Translations under genes and position numbers: made by a program
The notes under the pieces: generated by a model
The model's input: the letters and a program-made list of their open reading frames with translations, nothing else
Told to the model about the DNA's origin: nothing
Database searches by the model: none
Shown: positions 30,618 to 40,326 of the stretch, one piece after another
Layout of the letters: every line of letters starts with the position of its first letter
Position numbering within the stretch: position 1 is the stretch's first letter
Source: an uncultured Eubacteriales bacterium
GTDB taxonomy: Bacteria > Acidobacteriota > Aminicenantia > Aminicenantales > Aminicenantaceae
Direction: 5' to 3'
Assembly (NCBI GenBank): GCA_964584935.1
Contig: CAZPBN010000001.1
Span: 174,046 to 238,045 of the forward strand
Length of the DNA stretch: 64,000 bases

Positions 30618-32189
30618 ATGGATAAAGTAAAAAATGAGTCATACCAAAACATTTCTCTTTCCAGAATAGTTTATGACGCTGTTCTTTTCGATCTAGATGG
30701 AGTCATCACTCAAACAGCAACTATTCATGCTAAAGTATGGAAAAAAATGTTTGACCGTTTTCTGAAAGAAAAACAGGGAAAGAATTTTCAACCTTTTGAT
30801 GAACAATCCGATTACAACAAATATGTGGATGGTAAACCCCGTTACAACGGAGTCCAGAGTTTTCTTCAGTCTCGGGGAATTTCTCTTCCTTGGGGTAAGC
30901 CTGAAGATGCCCCGGGAAAGGAAACCATCTGCAGTCTCGGAAATGCCAAGAACAATATGTTTCATGATTATCTTAAGACGCACAGGATTAAAGTCTTCCC
31001 TTCTTCTGTTGAACTGATCCACAAATTGAAAAAAGCCGGATTCAAGGCTGCAATTATCTCTTCGAGTAAAAACTGTCAAGCTGTTCTCGAATCTGCCGGT
31101 ATTGCCAAGCTCTTTGACGCCAAGGTGGACGGAGTGGATTCCGCCCAGCTAAATCTCAAAGGAAAACCTCATCCGGACATTTTTGTGAAAGCAGCCAAAA
31201 AATGCAACGTGGAGCCAAAAAGGGCGGTTGTCATTGAGGACGCCCAGGCTGGTGTTGAGGCTGGAAGAAAAGGTAATTTTGGCTGTGTCATTGGTGTAGA
31301 CAGAAAAGGACAACCTGAAGACCTTCGTCAAAAGGGAGCTGATTGCCTGGTTAATGACCTCAGCAGAATATCTATATCAGAAGAGAAAAAAAAGGAACAG
31401 AGTCCCATTCACACCTTGAGTTCAGCTCTGGATAAAGAGAAGGAAATCCGGAAACAGTTAATAGGTAAAAAAGCGGCGGTGTTGCTGGACTATGACGGAA
31501 CTCTGACCCCTATTGTAAGCCGTCCTGATCTGGCTATTCTTTCAGATAAGATGAAAAAAACAGTCAAGGAATTGGCAGAGAAGTATTTTGTTGCCGTGGT
31601 TAGTGGCAGGGATTTGAAGGATGTGAAAAAACTTGTCGGCTTATCCAATATTTTATATTCCGGCAGTCACGGATTCGATATCATGAGCCCCAAAGGTAAA
31701 CGGATGGGATTTCAAAAAGGAAAAGAATTTCTTTCTCAACTGAAAGAAGCTGAACACATGTTGAAGGATATGATCGATCCAATTAAAGGAGCTTTGGTGG
31801 AGAAAAAAAAATTTTCAATTGCTGTCCATTTTCGCCAGGTTGATGAACAAGACATCCCTTCTGTCGAAAAAGCGGTGAATCAAATCATTTCACAATATCC
31901 CAGGCTGAGAAAATCCTATGGAAAAAAAGTTTTTGAGATCCAGCCTGACCTTGATTGGAATAAAGGAAAGGCTCTTCTTTGGATCTTGTCTTCCATGAGA
32001 CTGGATATCCCCTGTGTTTTACCTTTTTATATCGGCGATGATCTCACCGATGAAGACGCCTTCCAGGGTCTCCGGGGAAGAGGCTTGGGGATTGTGGTTG
32101 GAAATGGAGATCGGCTCACTGCAGCGGACTACAGACTGAATGATTCTGATGATGTTCGTAATTTTTTAGAACGATTGAAAAAAGGGTGA
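30618..32189 (+). CDS. bifunctional HAD protein: N-terminal beta-phosphoglucomutase-like domain fused to a C-terminal trehalose-6-phosphate phosphatase (OtsB-like) domain
   Basis: N-domain FDLDGVITQTATIHAKVWKKMF ... KGKPHPDIF ... IEDAQAGVEAG (HAD-IA beta-PGM pattern); C-domain LLDYDGTLTPIV ... GDDLTDEDAF (TPP pattern). Confidence 0.75.
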   Translation: MDKVKNESYQNISLSRIVYDAVLFDLDGVITQTATIHAKVWKKMFDRFLKEKQGKNFQPFDEQSDYNKYVDGKPRYNGVQSFLQSRGISLPWGKPEDAPGKETICSLGNAKNNMFHDYLKTHRIKVFPSSVELIHKLKKAGFKAAIISSSKNCQAVLESAGIAKLFDAKVDGVDSAQLNLKGKPHPDIFVKAAKKCNVEPKRAVVIEDAQAGVEAGRKGNFGCVIGVDRKGQPEDLRQKGADCLVNDLSRISISEEKKKEQSPIHTLSSALDKEKEIRKQLIGKKAAVLLDYDGTLTPIVSRPDLAILSDKMKKTVKELAEKYFVAVVSGRDLKDVKKLVGLSNILYSGSHGFDIMSPKGKRMGFQKGKEFLSQLKEAEHMLKDMIDPIKGALVEKKKFSIAVHFRQVDEQDIPSVEKAVNQIISQYPRLRKSYGKKVFEIQPDLDWNKGKALLWILSSMRLDIPCVLPFYIGDDLTDEDAFQGLRGRGLGIVVGNGDRLTAADYRLNDSDDVRNFLERLKKG

Positions 32190-32231
32190 AACTGAAAATA
32201 TTGTCACTCTACACATGAAAGGAAACAAAGA

Positions 32232-34634
32232 ATGAATACATGGTTGTTTGCTTATAATGAATTTATTCCAGATGAAGAGGGCTTAAGAGAAGCTCTCTGT
32301 ACTTTAGGAAACGGGTACTTCGCAACAAGAGGAGCAGGGTCCGAATCCAAAGATGACAACATTCACTATCCAGGAACTTATCTGGCAGGAGGATACAATC
32401 GTTTAGAAACGAAAATGAAAGGAAGAATAATAGAAAATGAAGATCTGGTGAATATACCCAATTGGCTCCCCTTGAACTTCAGAATTGAGAACGAAGAATG
32501 GTTTAACCTTTCCCAAGTCAATATTCTTGATTACAGGCAGGAATTAGATCTGAAATCGGGTATTCTTCGGAGAATAGTGCATTTTAATGATAAAAAGAAA
32601 AGAACCTTCATATTGACTAACCAGCGGTTTGTTAATATGGGAAATTATCACCTCGCCGGACAAAGCCTGACACTCACTTCAAAAAACTGGTCAGGAAAAC
32701 TGGAAATTGTATCCGCTTTAGACGGAGGGGTCATTAATAACGGTGTTAAAAGATACAGAAGATTACAACACCAGCACCTGGAACCAATAGAAACCAGACA
32801 TGATGAAGAGTGCATTCATCTTAAAGTTCAAACCAATCAATCTCGGGTTGAAGTTGCCCAATCATCCCGGACAAGATTTTTCATTGATGGCAATCCCATT
32901 TATCCGGATAGACTTCCGGTTGTAAAAAAGTCCTATGTTGCTCACCATTGCATGATCAAGCTGAAAAAAAGACAGAAACTGAGGATTGATAAAATCATGA
33001 GTCTTTACACTTCGCGGGATCGAGGAATCTCTGAATGCGGACTCGAAGCACGAAAACTCGTAAAAAGAGCGGAAAGATTCAACAAAGTCTTAAAAGTCCA
33101 TTGCCGATATTGGAAGAATCTATGGAAGCGGTTCGATATTGAAATAGAAATGGAAGACAAGCAACAAGAAACATATCAAAATACCATTGTTGACCTCTAT
33201 ACATTCCATATACTTCAGACAACATCCTTTCACACCATGCATCTGGATACAGGGGTACCAGCTCGAGGATGGCATGGTGAAGCCTATCGAGGACATATAT
33301 TTTGGGATGAGCTGTTCATATTTCCTTTTTATAATCTCAGGGTTCCGGAGATAACCCGTTCTCTTCTTATGTATAGATACAGGCGGCTGGCAGAAGCGAA
33401 AGCTTCAGCAGAAGCAGAAAATCTCAAAGGAGCACTGTTTCCCTGGCAGAGTGGCAGCAACGGGAGAGAAGAAAGTCAACTTTTGCATCTTAATCCGAAA
33501 TCAGGAAGATGGATTCCGGATAATTCCCGTTTGCAGCGCCACGTCAACGCTGCCATTGTTTATAATATTTGGAAATACTACCAAGTATCCCTTGACTTAG
33601 AATTTCTTGCTTTTTTCGGAGCGGAAATGATCTTGGAGATCGCCCGGATGTGGGCAAGTTTGGTTGAATACAACCAAAAGACTAAACGCTATGAAATAAA
33701 GGGCGTCATGGGTCCGGATGAGTACCATACAGCTTACCCTGATAATCCAAAACAGGGACTGAATAATAATACCTACACTAATATCATGGCTGTCTGGGTA
33801 TTGAACAAAGCATTGCAGCTTTTTGATATTTTGGATGAAGATAGAATGGAAGAAATTTGTGATTCTATCAAGCTGGGTGAGGATGAGTTAAATTCGTGGG
33901 AAAAAATTAGGAAAAATATGTGTGTCATTTTCCAAGAAGATGGCATCTTAAGCCAATTTGAAGGATATGACAAGCTTGAAGAATTCGATTGGGAAGGATA
34001 CACAAAAAAATATGGCGATATCCAGAGACTTGATCGTATCCTCGAAGCAGAGGGGGACACTCCAAATAAATACAAAGTTTCTAAACAAGCAGATGTCCTC
34101 ATGCTTTTCTACCTCTTTTCAGCCGAAGAGATAGAGGCCCTTTTTAACCAGTTAGGCTATAAATTTGATAGTGAAATGATCCCGAAAAATATCTCTTACT
34201 ATCTGGACAGAACATCACACGGTTCAACCCTGAGTCGGGTGGTTCATTCCTGGGTCATGGCACGCTCTGATAGACAGCGTTCCTGGGAATTATTCAATGA
34301 AGCTCTCAAAAGCGACGTGGCAGACATTCAAGGGGGAACCACTCCGGAAGGGATCCATCTTGGAGCTATGGCTGGAACTCTGGATCTGCTTCTGCGATGT
34401 TATCCCGGCCTTGAAACCCGAAAAGACATTCTCTGGTTCAATCCCTATCTGCCAGAAAATACCAAACGAGTGAATTTTTTCATCCGCTACAGGGGTCAAT
34501 CGCTTTATATTGAGATAACCCATAACACCCTCAGGATCGAATCCCTGCGAACCAAGGCAGCCCCCATCAAACTGGAATGTAAAGAAAAGACATGTGTCTT
34601 GAAATCAGGAGAAACAAAAGAGCTTAAATTCTGA
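32232..34634 (+). CDS. glycoside hydrolase family 65 disaccharide phosphorylase (trehalose/kojibiose/maltose or trehalose-6-phosphate phosphorylase family)
   Basis: 800 aa; GH65 N-terminal beta-sandwich and (alpha/alpha)6 catalytic blocks. Confidence 0.8.
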   Translation: MNTWLFAYNEFIPDEEGLREALCTLGNGYFATRGAGSESKDDNIHYPGTYLAGGYNRLETKMKGRIIENEDLVNIPNWLPLNFRIENEEWFNLSQVNILDYRQELDLKSGILRRIVHFNDKKKRTFILTNQRFVNMGNYHLAGQSLTLTSKNWSGKLEIVSALDGGVINNGVKRYRRLQHQHLEPIETRHDEECIHLKVQTNQSRVEVAQSSRTRFFIDGNPIYPDRLPVVKKSYVAHHCMIKLKKRQKLRIDKIMSLYTSRDRGISECGLEARKLVKRAERFNKVLKVHCRYWKNLWKRFDIEIEMEDKQQETYQNTIVDLYTFHILQTTSFHTMHLDTGVPARGWHGEAYRGHIFWDELFIFPFYNLRVPEITRSLLMYRYRRLAEAKASAEAENLKGALFPWQSGSNGREESQLLHLNPKSGRWIPDNSRLQRHVNAAIVYNIWKYYQVSLDLEFLAFFGAEMILEIARMWASLVEYNQKTKRYEIKGVMGPDEYHTAYPDNPKQGLNNNTYTNIMAVWVLNKALQLFDILDEDRMEEICDSIKLGEDELNSWEKIRKNMCVIFQEDGILSQFEGYDKLEEFDWEGYTKKYGDIQRLDRILEAEGDTPNKYKVSKQADVLMLFYLFSAEEIEALFNQLGYKFDSEMIPKNISYYLDRTSHGSTLSRVVHSWVMARSDRQRSWELFNEALKSDVADIQGGTTPEGIHLGAMAGTLDLLLRCYPGLETRKDILWFNPYLPENTKRVNFFIRYRGQSLYIEITHNTLRIESLRTKAAPIKLECKEKTCVLKSGETKELKF

Positions 34635-34798
34635 AGAAAAACCGGTAGAAACCTATCTATAGACCTCATTTTCAATTGTTGAATCGAACGATTTCTTTCT
34701 CTGTGTTTTCATTTCTGGATTTTGAATAGAATTCAAATTCTGTAAAGATTAGAGCCAACAAAAATCTTCCCCCCGGATGGATCAACAAAAAAGACTTT

Positions 34799-35053
34799 TT
34801 ACCGGATTCGAGATTCGCTCTCCCACATATCCAGATTCTTACCCAGCTTATTTTTAAGCTTTTCTGAATATCCTTTTCCGTATGCCTCAGCAGTGTCAAA
34901 GAAATTGATGCCTGATTCATAGACGGCAGAAAGAGCGTCAAGAGAATCCCTTTTTTCCTGGTATCCCCAATTAAATCCCCCCACTATTGCCCATCATCCA
35001 AATGAAACATTGGATACTTTGATTTCTGTATTTCCAATGACTCTGTATTTCAT
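34799..35053 (-). pseudogene. aldo-keto reductase gene remnant (frameshifted and truncated)
   Basis: ATG at 35053-35051 gives MKYRVIGNTEIKVSNVSFG then an in-frame TGA at 34996-34994; the -1 frame continues WAIVGGFNWGYQ...INFFDTAEAYGKGYSE (AKR N-terminal signature) to a stop at 34799, leaving most of the barrel absent. Confidence 0.6.
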
Positions 35054-35234
35054 TTTTTTTTCATAATAAAAAAAACAGGTATGCCCCGTCAATGATTTAT
35101 CCAAAAGACACCTTCTCATTTTCACAAACTTTGAAGGAGAAAAAGATCAGTTTAATTCCATTTTCTGTGCTGCTGAGAGAAATCATCTCACCTCGATAAA
35201 AATCCCAAGATAGGAACACTTTGTTTTTCAGCTT

Positions 35235-35263
35235 TTGCATATTGATTTCCCTACTGCTATAAT
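35235..35263 (+). promoter_or_regulatory. sigma70-like promoter (TTGCAT-17-TATAAT) about 40 nt upstream of thiC
   Basis: read from the sequence; leaves no room for a riboswitch in the leader. Confidence 0.45.
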
Positions 35264-35302
35264 CATATTAGTAATTTATTATATATATAAAGGAATTTTA
35301 TC

Positions 35303-36610
35303 ATGACACAACTCGAAAAAGCTCGAAAAGGAACAAAAACAAAGACTTTAAAGAAAATTGCGCAAGAAGAAAATATCGATGAAGATAAATGTATGGAATT
35401 GGTCTCTCAAGGAAAAATTGTCATTCCTTATAATGTTTTTCATAAATCAATCATTCCCATTGGAATAGGAAAAGAACTGAGAACTAAAGTGAATGTTAAT
35501 ATTGGAACTTCTATGGATTTAGCCGAGGAGGAAAACGAACTGAAAAAAGTCGATATTTCTTTGAAATATAATGCTGATACGATCATGGATCTCAGCACAG
35601 GCGGCGATATTCAGAAAATTAGAAAGAAAATCCTGGATAAATCAACAATGCCACTCGGAACTGTACCTGTTTATCAAGCAGCAATTAATGCCATAGAAGA
35701 AAGAGGATCCATCGTTGATATGCATGAAGATGATTTATTTTCGGTTATAGAATCTCAGGCAAAAGAAGGAGTTGATTTTATGACTGTACACGCAGGATTG
35801 ACAACTAAAGCCATTGACCGGTTGAAAAAACAAAAACGCATTGCCGATATCGTATCCCGGGGAGGGGCTTTTCATCTGGCCTGGATGCTTCATAATCAGA
35901 AAGAAAATCCTCTCTATTTCCATTTTGATCGTTTGCTTGAAATAGCCTATAAATATGACATCACCCTGAGCTTGGGGGACGGATTAAGGCCTGGATCTAT
36001 CATTGATGCCACGGATAGGCCTCAGATTGAAGAGCTCTTAACCCTTGGTGAACTGGTCAAAGAATGCTGGAAAAAAAATGTTCAGGTGATGGTCGAAGGC
36101 CCTGGCCATATTCCTCTGGACCAGATAGAGATGAATGTCAAAATTCAAAAACGAGTCTGTCACGGAGCCCCCTTTTATGTCCTCGGCCCCCTGGTAACAG
36201 ACATCGCCGCTGGATATGATCATATTGTATCTTCAATCGGGGGAGCCATTGCAGCTGCTGCCGGAGCCGATTTCCTGTGTTATGTCACTCCTTCTGAACA
36301 CTTAGGACTGCCTAGCATCGATGATGTCAGAGAAGGACTCATTGCTTCCCAAATAGCCGCTCATGCGGGTGATATCGTGAAGAATAAAAAAGGAGCTATT
36401 GAAAAAGACCTTGAGATATCCAAAGCAAGGAAATTACTCAACTGGAAAGAACAAAAAAAACATGCTTTAGACCCCCATAAGTTCGAAGAAATAAGAAAAA
36501 AAAGAAAAACAAAATCAAAAGCCTGCTCCATGTGCGGTAACTTTTGTGCAATGAAAATAGTAAGCGAATTTATCGGTTCCTCAGAAAAAACTGATGAATC
36601 CTGTCTCTAA
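35303..36610 (+). CDS. thiC: phosphomethylpyrimidine synthase (radical-SAM ThiC family)
   Basis: 435 aa, conserved ThiC core and C-terminal CSMCGNFC Fe-S motif. Confidence 0.8.
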   Translation: MTQLEKARKGTKTKTLKKIAQEENIDEDKCMELVSQGKIVIPYNVFHKSIIPIGIGKELRTKVNVNIGTSMDLAEEENELKKVDISLKYNADTIMDLSTGGDIQKIRKKILDKSTMPLGTVPVYQAAINAIEERGSIVDMHEDDLFSVIESQAKEGVDFMTVHAGLTTKAIDRLKKQKRIADIVSRGGAFHLAWMLHNQKENPLYFHFDRLLEIAYKYDITLSLGDGLRPGSIIDATDRPQIEELLTLGELVKECWKKNVQVMVEGPGHIPLDQIEMNVKIQKRVCHGAPFYVLGPLVTDIAAGYDHIVSSIGGAIAAAAGADFLCYVTPSEHLGLPSIDDVREGLIASQIAAHAGDIVKNKKGAIEKDLEISKARKLLNWKEQKKHALDPHKFEEIRKKRKTKSKACSMCGNFCAMKIVSEFIGSSEKTDESCL

Positions 36611-37433
36611 AAAAGTACTTTTCGGAACAGCAGGAATCCCCCAAAGCACTCCTGAAATTTCTTCTTTATCCGGAATCCATCAAATCAAAAACTTAGGTCT
36701 TGAATGTATGGAGATTGAATTTGTCAAAGGCGCTCATATGAAAACAGATATTGCAGCAAAAATAAAAGACAAAGCGGATTCACACAGTGTCTCATTGAGT
36801 ATTCACGCTCCCTATTATATCAATCTTAACTCCCCAGAAGAAGGGAAACGGCTTGCTAGCCAGGAGCGGATCATCGGGACAGCAAGAATCGCTGCAGTTT
36901 GCGGAGCAAAAAGCTTGATCTTTCATCCGGGATATTATGGAAAAAAAACACCGGAACAAACCTATTCGACAATAAAACAAGGATTGATCAATATCATTAC
37001 AATATTAAGAGCTGAAAACAATTCTGTCATCCTCAGACCGGAAACCATGGGAAAAAAATCTCAATTTGGGTCACTGGAAGAAATTCTTTTTCTATGCAGA
37101 GAATTGGAAGAAATTCAACCTTGTATCGATTTCTCTCATCTACACACCAGAACCGGAAAAATAAATAGCTATGATGAATTCATAAAAATATTGAAAAAGA
37201 TTGAAAAAAAACTGGGTAAAAAAACTATGAACAATATGCATATTCATGTATCGGGAGCTGAATACAATCGCTATGGAGAAATCAAGCATCTAAATCTTCA
37301 AGACTCTGATTTCAAATATGATGAATGGATTTTTGCTTTGAGAGATTTTGGGATAGAAGGGAGAATAATAAGTGAAAGCCCCATCCAGGAAAAAGATGCT
37401 ATTATGCTGAAAAAACTCTATTATGACTCATAG
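36594..37433 (+). CDS. endonuclease IV-like TIM-barrel protein (AP endonuclease family 2 / xylose-isomerase-like fold)
   Basis: block-wise similarity to Nfo: SIHAPYYINL, LIFHPGYY, LRPETMGKK, CIDFSHLH, MHIHVSGAEY; overlaps the thiC stop by 17 bp. Confidence 0.5.
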   Translation: MNPVSKKVLFGTAGIPQSTPEISSLSGIHQIKNLGLECMEIEFVKGAHMKTDIAAKIKDKADSHSVSLSIHAPYYINLNSPEEGKRLASQERIIGTARIAAVCGAKSLIFHPGYYGKKTPEQTYSTIKQGLINIITILRAENNSVILRPETMGKKSQFGSLEEILFLCRELEEIQPCIDFSHLHTRTGKINSYDEFIKILKKIEKKLGKKTMNNMHIHVSGAEYNRYGEIKHLNLQDSDFKYDEWIFALRDFGIEGRIISESPIQEKDAIMLKKLYYDS

Positions 37434-37458
37434 CGAATACCGGTCTTGAAATAATTTC

Positions 37459-37497
37459 GGGGATAGCCCCCGGAATGGCTACCCCCTACTCCTTTTT
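37459..37497 (+). terminator. Rho-independent terminator after the thiC/endo-IV-like pair
   Basis: GGGGATAGCC-cccggaat-GGCTACCCCC stem-loop followed by a TTTTT run. Confidence 0.55.
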
Positions 37498-37691
37498 GTA
37501 AGGAGAAATCTACACACTGTATAGACGCCCCGAATTAACTTTTTTCTCATTTAAAAAAATAACGAGAAATTTAAAAATTAGGGGGACATTCACTTAACTT
37601 ATCAATTTTTTTTGTGTAATATTAAATGATGATTATAAGTCCTTATACTGACCGATTTAAATCTCAATCATATATAAAATGGAGATAAAAA

Positions 37692-39122
37692 ATGAACGAA
37701 TACAAACTGCTTATTAACGGAAAAAAAGAATTCTCAGAAAATCATAAGGAAATAAAAAATCCCTTTGATCAAAGCCTCTGTGGAAAAATATATTTCGCAA
37801 ATAAGTCGCAAATGGAAAATGCCATTACTATATCATCCAAAACGTTCTCAAAAACAAAAAAATTATCCAGCCATGAACGGGGAGCTGCCCTTGAATACAC
37901 CTCTCAAACAATCAACAAACGCCGGGAAGAACTGGCAAGATCAATCACTGTGGCATCTGGAAAACCAATCAAGTCCTCTCTAGGTGAAGTGGACCGGGCT
38001 GTCAACACGTTTAAAATTGCTTCTGAAGAAGCCAAGAGAATAAACGGAGAAATCATTCCTCTGGATTTGAGTCCACAGACACAAGATCGCTGGGGGCTAG
38101 TCAGACGTTTTCCCGTGGGAGTCATAGGAGCCATCACTCCTTTTAACTTTCCATTGAATCTGGTTGCCCATAAAATCGCTCCCGCCATGGCATCAGGAAA
38201 CACCGTTATTCTAAGACCTTCTTCCCAGGTTTCCATAACCGCAATTCTTCTCGGAGAAATCATTAACGAAACCTCATATCCAGCCGGAGGAATCAATGTC
38301 GTTCCCTGCGGATATGAAGTGGCAGAAAATTTGATATCAAGTGACAAAGTTAAAATGCTAACCTTCACCGGAAGTCCCTCAATAGGATGGGAACTTAAGA
38401 AAAAAGCCTATAAAAAGAAAATCACGTTGGAACTCGGGGGAAATGCGGCTGTAGTCATAGAACCTGACGCCAACCTTGAATACGCATTGCAAAGAACTTT
38501 ATTAGGATCATTTGCTTACTCCGGTCAAATATGCATATCTATCCAAAGAGTCTTTCTTCATGAAGACATTTATGACGATTTTATGGACAAATTCATAGAG
38601 AAAACAAAAAACTTAAGAATGGGAAATCCTTTAGATGAACATACGGATATAGGACCAATGATCAATATGCAAGCAACCCAAAAAACCGAGGAATGGATCA
38701 ATGAAGCCCTGGAAAACGGAGCCAGACTCCTATGCGGAGGAAAAAGGGAAGGAACCATGTTTGAGCCGACTGTTCTGATAAATGTCAAACCTGAGCTTCG
38801 TATCTCATGGCTTGAGGCTTTTTCTCCTGTTGCTGTTGTTTACCGCTATAAAGATTTTACTGAAGCACTCAAAAACGTTAACAATTCAATCTATGGACTT
38901 CAGGCTGGAATATTCACCAATGATTTAAACAAAGCGTTTCAAGCCTATGAAATGTTAGATGTCGGAGGCGTTATCATCAATGATATCCCCACTTTCCGAA
39001 TCGATCACATGCCTTATGGCGGAATCAAAGAATCTGGATTCGGACGTGAGGGACTCAAATATGCCATTGAGGAAATGACAGAATTAAAATTAATGGCAGT
39101 CAATCTTAAACCCCATGCTTAA
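37692..39122 (+). CDS. aldehyde dehydrogenase family protein (GapN/lactaldehyde-DH-like)
   Basis: LELGGNAAVV and catalytic SGQICIS, 476 aa. Confidence 0.75.
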   Translation: MNEYKLLINGKKEFSENHKEIKNPFDQSLCGKIYFANKSQMENAITISSKTFSKTKKLSSHERGAALEYTSQTINKRREELARSITVASGKPIKSSLGEVDRAVNTFKIASEEAKRINGEIIPLDLSPQTQDRWGLVRRFPVGVIGAITPFNFPLNLVAHKIAPAMASGNTVILRPSSQVSITAILLGEIINETSYPAGGINVVPCGYEVAENLISSDKVKMLTFTGSPSIGWELKKKAYKKKITLELGGNAAVVIEPDANLEYALQRTLLGSFAYSGQICISIQRVFLHEDIYDDFMDKFIEKTKNLRMGNPLDEHTDIGPMINMQATQKTEEWINEALENGARLLCGGKREGTMFEPTVLINVKPELRISWLEAFSPVAVVYRYKDFTEALKNVNNSIYGLQAGIFTNDLNKAFQAYEMLDVGGVIINDIPTFRIDHMPYGGIKESGFGREGLKYAIEEMTELKLMAVNLKPHA

Positions 39123-39193
39123 CTTGACACTCCCATTTTATAAGCATAAACTTATATCTTTTAATAATTATTGATAATACTCGGAGGAATTAT

Positions 39194-40051
39194 ATGAAAG
39201 TTATTCGTTTGAAAGATGTCAAAGATAAAGTTAAAACCATCGTTCAAAAAGCCAATTTCGAACTTCAGAAAGATGTGATTGATCTTATAAAAGAAAAACA
39301 AGAACTCGAAGAATCCCCCGCAGGAAGGGAAGTTTTCAATCAAATTCTCCAGAATGCTCAAATCGCCAAAGATGACAAACTGGGTCTCTGTCAGGATACC
39401 GGACTGGCTGTATTTTTTGTTGAACTGGGTGAAGACGTTCAAATCGAACGGAGTGAAGGACTTGGAAGTCTGAAAGAAGCTCTCACTGTAGGCACGAAAG
39501 AAGGATACAGTGAAGGATTTCTGAGAAAGTCAGTTGTCGAAGATCCCATTCGAAGGAACAATACGGGCTATAACACTCCTGTTTATATTCACTGGGATCT
39601 TGTTCCAGGAAATGTTTTCAGAGTCACTTTTATTGCCAAAGGAGGCGGTGCCGAAAATATGAGTGCTGTCCGTATGTTCGCTCCTGCCGCTGGCCAGAAA
39701 GGGATTGAAGATTTCATTATAGATACTGTCGATAAAAGCGGATCAAATCCCTGCCCTCCCATCATAGTCGGCGTTGGCCTTGGTGGAAATTTTGAGTATT
39801 CTGCTCTTCTCGCTAAAAAGGCACTGTTACGAAGGCCTCTTGGAGCTCACAATCAGGATCCCTTCTATAAAGACATGGAAATTAATCTTCTAGAGAAAAT
39901 TAATAATCTTGGTATAGGCCCTCAAGGAATGGGAGGAAGGATAACCGCTTTAGCTGTTCATATCGAAGCATATCCCTGTCATATCGCTTCTATGCCGGCT
40001 GCCATTAATATTCAATGTCACTCGCACCGAGTATTATCATTTGAATTCTAA
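39194..40051 (+). CDS. Fe-S hydro-lyase, fumarate hydratase class I / tartrate dehydratase alpha subunit
   Basis: 285 aa with LCQDTGLAVFF, NPCPPII and CHSH cluster-ligand regions; no beta subunit follows. Confidence 0.7.
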   Translation: MKVIRLKDVKDKVKTIVQKANFELQKDVIDLIKEKQELEESPAGREVFNQILQNAQIAKDDKLGLCQDTGLAVFFVELGEDVQIERSEGLGSLKEALTVGTKEGYSEGFLRKSVVEDPIRRNNTGYNTPVYIHWDLVPGNVFRVTFIAKGGGAENMSAVRMFAPAAGQKGIEDFIIDTVDKSGSNPCPPIIVGVGLGGNFEYSALLAKKALLRRPLGAHNQDPFYKDMEINLLEKINNLGIGPQGMGGRITALAVHIEAYPCHIASMPAAINIQCHSHRVLSFEF

Positions 40052-40083
40052 TATTTAAGAACGGTTTCATCGAGGAGGAAATA

Positions 40084-40308
40084 ATGCCACAAAAAGGTAC
40101 TGTTGAGATTTCAAAGGAAGACTGCAAAGGATGTCATTTATGTGTCATTCATTGTCCTACAGATTGTCTTGCACTCAACACATCGGATACAAACAGTTAC
40201 GGCCTTCACTATGCTTATTTAGTAGATGAAGATAAATGCATTGCCTGCCAGAATTGCTCGGTTATATGTCCTGATGCAGCCATCACTGTTTACAAAAAAA
40301 CAGCTTAA
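40084..40308 (+). CDS. 2x[4Fe-4S] ferredoxin (delta-type subunit of the downstream oxidoreductase)
   Basis: two CxxCxxCxxxCP motifs, 74 aa. Confidence 0.8.
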   Translation: MPQKGTVEISKEDCKGCHLCVIHCPTDCLALNTSDTNSYGLHYAYLVDEDKCIACQNCSVICPDAAITVYKKTA

Positions 40309-40326
40309 TCAAAGAGGGAGGATAAA

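Noticed and set aside
35171-35225. Possible TPP (THI-box) riboswitch fragment upstream of thiC (CTGAGA ... ACC TCGAT ... GGAAC)
   Set aside because: It lacks the conserved GGGG/P2 and the ACCUGAUCUGGAUAAUGCCAGCG pyrimidine-sensor segment, and lies upstream of the best promoter (35235-35263), so it would not be in the thiC leader.
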